Shown here: positions 58,422-64,000 of the stretch, piece after piece
Position numbering within the stretch: the stretch's first letter is position 1
Layout: every line of letters begins with the position of its first letter
Source of the DNA: Spirochaetaceae bacterium
GTDB lineage: Bacteria; Spirochaetota; Spirochaetia; DSM-2461
Direction: 5' to 3'
NCBI GenBank assembly: GCA_051531975.1
Contig: JAOPTT010000012.1
Span: forward strand, 1 to 64,000
DNA length: 64,000 nt
Program-made: the position numbers and the translations under genes
The notes under the pieces: generated by a model
What the model was told of the DNA's origin: nothing
What the model saw: only the letters and a program-made list of their open reading frames with translations
Databases searched by the model: none

Positions 58422-59021
58422 ATGCCAAGAGGGTTTACAGATATAGAATCAAATTATTATAGAAATAGACTTTTAGAAGTTGGATCTGATCTTTTTAGTA
58501 AAGGTGGATTAACTGGGGTTAGTATCGACCAAATTGTAAAAGAGGTAGGTATTTCGAAGGGATCCTTTTATAAGTTTTTTAAAAATAAAGAAGATCTATG
58601 TTACGACTGTTTAATGAAGTTAGAAAACGATACTAGGGCTGGGATAGAAGAGCAATTAAGTAAATATAAACATGATCCAGCACTTTTATTAAAAATGGTC
58701 ATAACAGATATCCCCCAAATAATAGAGAAGCACCCACTAATTAGTATATTTCAGAAACCCCAGGATTTAGAAGCTCTAATGTTAAGAGTTGATCCTAAAA
58801 AACATGAAGATAATTACAATGGAGATTCACTTTTTTTAGGCAGACTATTAAGTGAATCTACTATAAGTACATCAGAACAAAATTCTTTAACAGCTCTTAT
58901 ATGGGCTATTGTTCTAATGTCTTTTAATAAAGATTTTTTTAATGGTCAGTTTGATAATATTGTAAATTTACTTGCTGACATGGCACAAAGTCATTTTTCA
59001 GATAGGAGGATATCAGATTGA
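58422..59021 (+). CDS. TetR-family regulator
   Basis: VSIDQIVKEVGISKGSFYKFFKNKE. Confidence 0.92.
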   Translation: MPRGFTDIESNYYRNRLLEVGSDLFSKGGLTGVSIDQIVKEVGISKGSFYKFFKNKEDLCYDCLMKLENDTRAGIEEQLSKYKHDPALLLKMVITDIPQIIEKHPLISIFQKPQDLEALMLRVDPKKHEDNYNGDSLFLGRLLSESTISTSEQNSLTALIWAIVLMSFNKDFFNGQFDNIVNLLADMAQSHFSDRRISD

Positions 59022-59872
59022 TAACTGTAGATAATTTAAAGTTTAAATACAAAAATAACAAAAGTGAAACCATCCATGGAATGAGTTTTAAAGTATCTCA
59101 CGGGGAGATTTTTGGTTTTTTAGGCCCTTCTGGAGCTGGGAAGAGTACTACACAGAAAATTTTAACTGGTTTAAACACAGGTTACAGTGGTAGTGCAAAA
59201 GTTAATGGTTTAGAAATAAACAGACAGGGCAGAGAATATTACGAGGATATTGGTGTTTCCTTTGAACTTCCAAACTTGTATTCACAATTCACAGCCCGGG
59301 AAAATTTAGATTTTTTCTCATCATTTTATAGTGGTTCCGTTGCAGATATAGATAATTTATTAGAAAGTGTAGGTTTAACTCCCGATGCAGATCGTAAAGT
59401 TAGTACATTTTCAAAAGGTATGAAGATGAGGTTAAATTTTATTAGAGCATTTTTAAATAACCCTAAACTAGTATTTTTAGATGAACCAACAAGTGGATTA
59501 GATCCTGTTAATGCTAGTTTGATAAAAGACATTATATTAGAAAAAAGAGCCCTAGGGACAACAGTATTCATTACGACCCATAACATGCAGGTAGCTTCAG
59601 AAATATGTGATAGAGTTGCATTTGTTGTGGATGGTGAGATTAAACTGACTGATACACCTAAAAACCTTATGTATAAATATGGGAAAAAAGAAGTTCGAAT
59701 AGAATATTTATCAGATAATGAAACTAAAATAGTTGATTTTGACTTAGAAACTATAAAAAACAATAGTGAGTTCAAAGAGATCATAAATACTAAAGAGTTA
59801 AAAACTATACATAGTAACGATGCTACTCTAGACGATGTATTTATAGAGGTTACTGGAAGGAGTTTAAAATGA
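59018..59872 (+). CDS. ABC-2 exporter ATP-binding protein
   Basis: GPSGAGKST, FSKGM, FLDEPTSGLD. Confidence 0.95.
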   Translation: MITVDNLKFKYKNNKSETIHGMSFKVSHGEIFGFLGPSGAGKSTTQKILTGLNTGYSGSAKVNGLEINRQGREYYEDIGVSFELPNLYSQFTARENLDFFSSFYSGSVADIDNLLESVGLTPDADRKVSTFSKGMKMRLNFIRAFLNNPKLVFLDEPTSGLDPVNASLIKDIILEKRALGTTVFITTHNMQVASEICDRVAFVVDGEIKLTDTPKNLMYKYGKKEVRIEYLSDNETKIVDFDLETIKNNSEFKEIINTKELKTIHSNDATLDDVFIEVTGRSLK

Positions 59873-60564
59873 ACTACTTACCAGCTTTAATAAAGCAGGA
59901 TATTAAATTCCAATTTAGACATGGTTTTTATCTTGTTTATGGAATTATAACAGTTATTTATGCAGTTTTACTTAAATTATTAAGTATAAATGTTGCTTCA
60001 ATTATTTCACCCATAATTATATTCTCAGATCCAACATTTATAGGTTTTTTATTTATTGGTGCAATACTATTTTTTGAAAGGGAACAGAGAATTACTGAAG
60101 TCCTGTTTATTACACCAATAACAAAAAGTGCTTATATTTTATCCAAGTGTATATCACTAACAACAATCTCTTTACTAGTTGTCATAATAATAACTTTAGT
60201 CATTCATGGACCGTTTATAAACTGGTTTTATCTTCTTTTAGGGGTAACATTAACATCATTTATTTTTATACTTTTGGGGATGTTAATATCAAATTACCTT
60301 AAAAAAGTTACTACATATATGGTTGTTGGTGGTTTATGTCTATCTCCTGCAAGTATGCCAATTCTATATTATTTAGGCTTAAGTGATTCAAAACTTTTTT
60401 ATTTAATTCCTACAACTGCATCGATAAAACTTATAGATGCATCAATAAATGGTGGTATATCTGGTATGGATTTCCTATATTCCTTTTTATATTTAACCGT
60501 TTTAACTGCAATACTGTTCAAACTATTAATAAAAATTAAAGGAGCCGACGGTGAAGATATTTAA
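59869..60564 (+). CDS. ABC-2 exporter permease (fluoroquinolone-exporter-like)
   Basis: DIKFQFRHG, FSDP, FERE..LFITP; hydrophobic. Confidence 0.82.
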   Translation: MNYLPALIKQDIKFQFRHGFYLVYGIITVIYAVLLKLLSINVASIISPIIIFSDPTFIGFLFIGAILFFEREQRITEVLFITPITKSAYILSKCISLTTISLLVVIIITLVIHGPFINWFYLLLGVTLTSFIFILLGMLISNYLKKVTTYMVVGGLCLSPASMPILYYLGLSDSKLFYLIPTTASIKLIDASINGGISGMDFLYSFLYLTVLTAILFKLLIKIKGADGEDI

Positions 60565-61243
60565 AATTTTAACTGGTCAAAAAAGAAGTCTTTTTAGAGA
60601 TCCGATGACACTTTTTTTAACATTTATACCATTTCTTATTTTTGGATTAGTTAGATTTGGGTTGCCTATTTTAAATACATATATTATTGAATGGGTGGAT
60701 TTATACCATCATTATGAATTTATTATGCTTACACTCTACTTAGTAACTCCATTGTTACTAGGTATGGTTTTTGGTTTTTTATTAATGGATGAGAGAGATC
60801 TAGACGTTTTAACCTATATTTCAGTTACACCAGTTTCATTAAAAGGATATATAATAATAAAAACGATTACTGGATCTGTAATTGGTTTTTTATTTAATAT
60901 CATATTGGCAATTCTTATAAAAGATAAGATTGATATAAGGTTAATAATTACTCTTTTATTATCATCTATTTTAGTTCCATATTATGCTTTAGCAATATTC
61001 ACATTTTCAAAAAATAAAGTTGAAGGATTAACTAAAGGAAAGTTAATGGGGTTTACTCTATTTGCGGCATTTGTTCCTTATTTTACCGTAACAAAATTAA
61101 GCTTTTTATTGGGAATTTTCCCTCCCTTTTGGTTAGAGAAGATTTATTTTGCATTAAATATAAAAGAACTAATTATTTATACCCTATTTGGACTGTTGTC
61201 GCTGTTTTTATCTCTGTCCCTTCTATATAGGAGGATAACTTGA
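60551..61243 (+). CDS. ABC-2 exporter permease, second subunit
   Basis: RDP, LMDERD..ISVTP, NKVEG, FPPFW. Confidence 0.82.
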   Translation: MKIFKILTGQKRSLFRDPMTLFLTFIPFLIFGLVRFGLPILNTYIIEWVDLYHHYEFIMLTLYLVTPLLLGMVFGFLLMDERDLDVLTYISVTPVSLKGYIIIKTITGSVIGFLFNIILAILIKDKIDIRLIITLLLSSILVPYYALAIFTFSKNKVEGLTKGKLMGFTLFAAFVPYFTVTKLSFLLGIFPPFWLEKIYFALNIKELIIYTLFGLLSLFLSLSLLYRRIT

Positions 61244-61501
61244 CAATCACCAGGAGACGTTATTATCTGTTCAAATACAGATGGTAATGTAAAATGTGGG
61301 GAGCATTTTAACTGTTCATTCTGTAATTTTAGAGATGCTGTTAGAGAATTTTTTTATTACAAAAAAGATATTATTAATAGACCAATTAGAATTCTTAAAC
61401 AATCTAAAAATTAGCCAGAATTATTAGATCTAGTTTTTTCATCTAGTTACCTTGATAATTCACAGATACCACTTGCAGTTATTACGATGATTCCTATATA
61501 A
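61244..61501 (+). pseudogene. Headless fragment of a Cys-rich PAS-like domain with internal TAG
   Basis: QSPGDVIIC..KCGEHFNCSFCNFRDAV...KN*PELLDLVFSSSYL..LAVITMIPI*; begins immediately after the permease stop with no start codon. Confidence 0.5.
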
Positions 61502-61530
61502 AGAACAGTTATACTAAGAACAGTTATACT
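61501..61530. repeat. Perfect 15-bp tandem duplication
   Basis: AAGAACAGTTATACT x2, overlapping the siaC stop. Confidence 0.9.
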
Positions 61531-61892
61531 TCTATTATTTTATATGTAAGGGAAAGATCTTCTAACAATTCTTCACCAGTCTCTTTTACCATCTCATTAT
61601 CTTTATCATAGAGCCAATGAACCTCTATTTTTTTACCTTTATTAAAAGCTTCATCTAGGATATCAAAAATATAGAACAGTGCTTTTGTACTAGTTGTATT
61701 AATATATAATAGTTTAATCTTTAATATAAATTCATCGTCTATGCTGTAAATATTATCATTTAGCCATTCTATAATTGGTTCATAAAACTTGCTAGAATTT
61801 TCAGGGTATGAATGTCCTTCTATAATATACTGCTTACTTGTAATATCTAGGAATATTCTTGGAGTTGATTTTCCGGCAATTATATTAATCAT
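61524..61892 (-). CDS. siaC: SiaC/DUF1987-family regulatory phosphoprotein
   Basis: STPRI, IEGHSYPEN..FYEP, LYINTTSTK, VHWLY..D..ETGEE. Confidence 0.82.
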   Translation of the reverse strand: MINIIAGKSTPRIFLDITSKQYIIEGHSYPENSSKFYEPIIEWLNDNIYSIDDEFILKIKLLYINTTSTKALFYIFDILDEAFNKGKKIEVHWLYDKDNEMVKETGEELLEDLSLTYKIIEV

Positions 61893-62190
61893 TATCTTTT
61901 CCTTTATCTAAATTAACCTTTAATCCAAGAAGAGTAATATCATCCCTTTGAATATTACCTGCATGGTATTTATACAGAAAGTTCTCTAATTTAATTCTTT
62001 GTTCATTCCATTTAAAGTTAGAGTATCTAATACTGTTTTTTTATTTAGCCCAACCTAAACCAAAATCATTTCCACAACTACTTTTGTCTTAATATCCATC
62101 AGTTAATTGATGAAACAGAGTATCTTTAGTCCCTGATATTCCATGATTGATGTAATTATAGACCAATTTAGATCTTTTGTAACCAATACC
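61885..62190 (-). pseudogene. Remnant of SpoIIE/PP2C phosphatase C-terminus (SiaA-like)
   Basis: Minus frame GIGYKRSK...LTDGY*D...GLGWAK*...QRDDITLLGLK; two in-frame TAA; stop overlaps siaC start. Confidence 0.72.
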
Positions 62191-62342
62191 TTCTTTGTAT
62201 TCTTATATACTTAATTAATATAATTTTAATATAAATTATCTGAGTGTCAATGATTTGAAATTATATTAAAAAAAAACTGGAAGAGTATAACTAATTGTAA
62301 TATTTTACTAAAATATTGTATTATTTACTTTAAGAGGTAGCC

Positions 62343-63329
62343 ATGGCAACTATAAAAGATATAGCAGAACGTACTGCAGTTTCAATAACAACCGTATCTA
62401 GAGTTCTTAATTATGACAAATCACTGTCAATATCTAAAGACAAAAGACAGCTCATCTTAGAAGTAGCCGAAGAACTAGAGTATGAAACTCCTCGAAATAG
62501 AAAAAACAGTAGAAGTAAAAAGAAAAAAGGTAGTGTTACGACTATTGGAATTCTTCATTTCATCACATTGGAAGAGGAGTTAGAAGATCCATACTATATC
62601 GCTATTAGGTTAGGAATAGAAAAAACTTGTATGAAGAATAGTATACAGGTTATAAAATTCTATAATAGTGATAAAAGTATTACAGGACTAGATCTAGAGA
62701 GATTAGATGGTCTAATAGTTGTTGGAGAGTTTTTAAAAAAAGAAATGGATCTCATAAATCGCTGTAAAAATGTGGTTTTTATAGATTCTTACCCAGTTGG
62801 AGATAATTTAGATTCTGTAATTGTGGATTTGAAAGATACTGTTATAAAAATTATAGATTATTTGGTATCTCTTGGATTCAAAAATATTGGTTATATAGGT
62901 GGAATTGATAGTCGAAAGCTAGCTTTTACTAATTATATGACCACATTAGGTCTGTTTAACAGCTCACAGGTCTTTATTGATAGTTTTACTCCTGAAGGAG
63001 GGTATATAGCAATGCAAAGGGCAATAGATTGTGGAGATTTACCTGAAGTCTTTTTTGCTGGTAGTGACTCAGTTGCTATAGGTGTATTAAAAGCACTTTA
63101 TGAAGCTGGTCTTAGAGTACCGGATGACATATCTGTTATCGGGTTAAACGATATACCTACATCAAAATATAGTTCTCCTCCTTTAACAACATTCAAAATT
63201 TATTCAGAGTTTATGGGAGAGTGTGGTGTAGAACTATTATTAGAAAAATTTGCTGGTAGAATTATTGCAAAAAAACTAGTAATCCCTACTAAATTAGTTA
63301 CTCGAGACAGCTTAAGAGTAAAAAAGTAG
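62343..63329 (+). CDS. LacI-family regulator (EbgR/GalR-like)
   Basis: ATIKDIAERTAVSITTVSRVLN, DPYY..IRLGIE, VPDDISVIG, PPLTT. Confidence 0.95.
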   Translation: MATIKDIAERTAVSITTVSRVLNYDKSLSISKDKRQLILEVAEELEYETPRNRKNSRSKKKKGSVTTIGILHFITLEEELEDPYYIAIRLGIEKTCMKNSIQVIKFYNSDKSITGLDLERLDGLIVVGEFLKKEMDLINRCKNVVFIDSYPVGDNLDSVIVDLKDTVIKIIDYLVSLGFKNIGYIGGIDSRKLAFTNYMTTLGLFNSSQVFIDSFTPEGGYIAMQRAIDCGDLPEVFFAGSDSVAIGVLKALYEAGLRVPDDISVIGLNDIPTSKYSSPPLTTFKIYSEFMGECGVELLLEKFAGRIIAKKLVIPTKLVTRDSLRVKK

Positions 63330-63341
63330 TAAATTTACTAC
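63326..63341. promoter_or_regulatory. LacI-type operator upstream of the GH2 gene
   Basis: Palindrome GTAGTAAATTTACTAC; related TTTACT half-sites at ~63347, ~63366 and upstream of lacI (~62296-62313). Confidence 0.65.
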
Positions 63342-63418
63342 AAATATTTACTAAAAATTTGACATTTTACTGAAATAACTCTAATATAGCAAATCAATAC
63401 TAGTTTGTAGGAGTTTTT

Positions 63419-64000
63419 ATGCGAGAAGTAATACGATTAAATAATGAATGGCTATATAACCCAAAGTTTACAAAAGAGATGATAATAAACAGTAATACCA
63501 AAGATTTTGAATTAGTAAACCTTCCCCACGCAAACAGAGAGATCCCATACAACTATTTTGATGAAAATGATTATCAATTTATCTCATGTTATAAAAAGAC
63601 TTTTGATATTTTGGAACTGAATAAAGGCCAGACTATGGCTATCAGATTTGAAGGTGTTATGACAAAGGCTGAAGTATTTGTTAATGGGCAATATATTGGT
63701 GAACACTTAGGTGGCTATACTCCATTTGAATTTAATATAACTAGTTTTGTAACAGCTGATACTCAGAATGTTTTAACTGTGGTTGTGGACTCAAGAGAGC
63801 TGGAAAATATACCTCCATTTGGTGGCCAGATTGACTATTTAACTTATGGTGGTATTTACAGAGAAGTTGAATTAAGAATCTACGATCCTATATATATTCA
63901 GAATGCAAAGATTGAAACTTTAGATGTTTTAGAGTTAAAAAGTTCAGCCCTAGTAAAACTATATATAATGAATAATTCTGATATGAATACAGGGGTAATT
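63419..64000 (+). CDS. Glycoside hydrolase family 2 (beta-galactosidase-like), partial; runs off the window end
   Basis: Not in ORF track. ATG 63419 behind AGGAG; VNLPH, YFDE, RFEGVM, VNG..HLGGYTPF, PPFGGQIDYLTYGGIYREV. Confidence 0.92.
   Translation, partial: MREVIRLNNEWLYNPKFTKEMIINSNTKDFELVNLPHANREIPYNYFDENDYQFISCYKKTFDILELNKGQTMAIRFEGVMTKAEVFVNGQYIGEHLGGYTPFEFNITSFVTADTQNVLTVVVDSRELENIPPFGGQIDYLTYGGIYREVELRIYDPIYIQNAKIETLDVLELKSSALVKLYIMNNSDMNTGVI

Noticed and set aside
970..59784. Short antisense or overlapping ORFs in the track (e.g. 970-1191, 2208-2453, 8402-8758, 12583-12804, 30647-30988, 34728-35105, 59326-59784)
   Set aside because: They lie on top of well-supported genes, with no recognisable motifs; shadow ORFs
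1..64000. Mobile element or prophage
   Set aside because: No integrase, transposase, phage structural gene or terminal inverted repeats recognised

Overview
AT-rich bacterial chromosomal segment, probably from a free-living anaerobic spirochaete (inferred from signal-peptide style and gene content, not proven). I found no rRNA, tRNA, CRISPR array, integrase or transposase. Contents: (i) 1-10.2 kb: a solute-binding lipoprotein translationally coupled to a HAMP/PAS histidine kinase, a TcyP-like cystine symporter, a GyrI/AraC pair, and an Lnt-like hydrolase plus HExxH protein opposite a membrane-bound LuxR. (ii) 10.2-28.5 kb: a sulfur/siroheme island with sulfite reductase-TusA fusion, Rrf2, ThiS-ThiF-JAB sulfur-carrier module, cysH/cysD/cysN, siroheme genes (including a HemC-CobA-HemD fusion), FNT channel-asrABC and hcp. 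(iii) 28.8-34 kb: POTRA outer-membrane protein, PiT/DUF47, FGGY kinase-deoC. (iv) 34.2-46.3 kb, the most novel-looking part: a duplicated 'A+B' cassette of uncharacterised exported proteins. The three B paralogs have a conserved TolB-N-like+PEGA N-terminus and divergent C-terminal heads, and two of them share a near-identical ~610 bp block. One copy is transcribed divergently from a CHASE2 adenylate cyclase and a FecR-PEGA-beta-propeller lipoprotein. (v) 46.3-64 kb: three TetR operons with clear operators, an HD-GYP protein with an 8x His/acidic repeat next to a Cache-GGEEF cyclase, MFS, PhzF, pyrF, a PAS hybrid kinase, an ABC exporter, decayed gene fragments around siaC, and LacI with a partial GH2 beta-galactosidase. 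All domain calls are by eye from motifs; no database searches were run.
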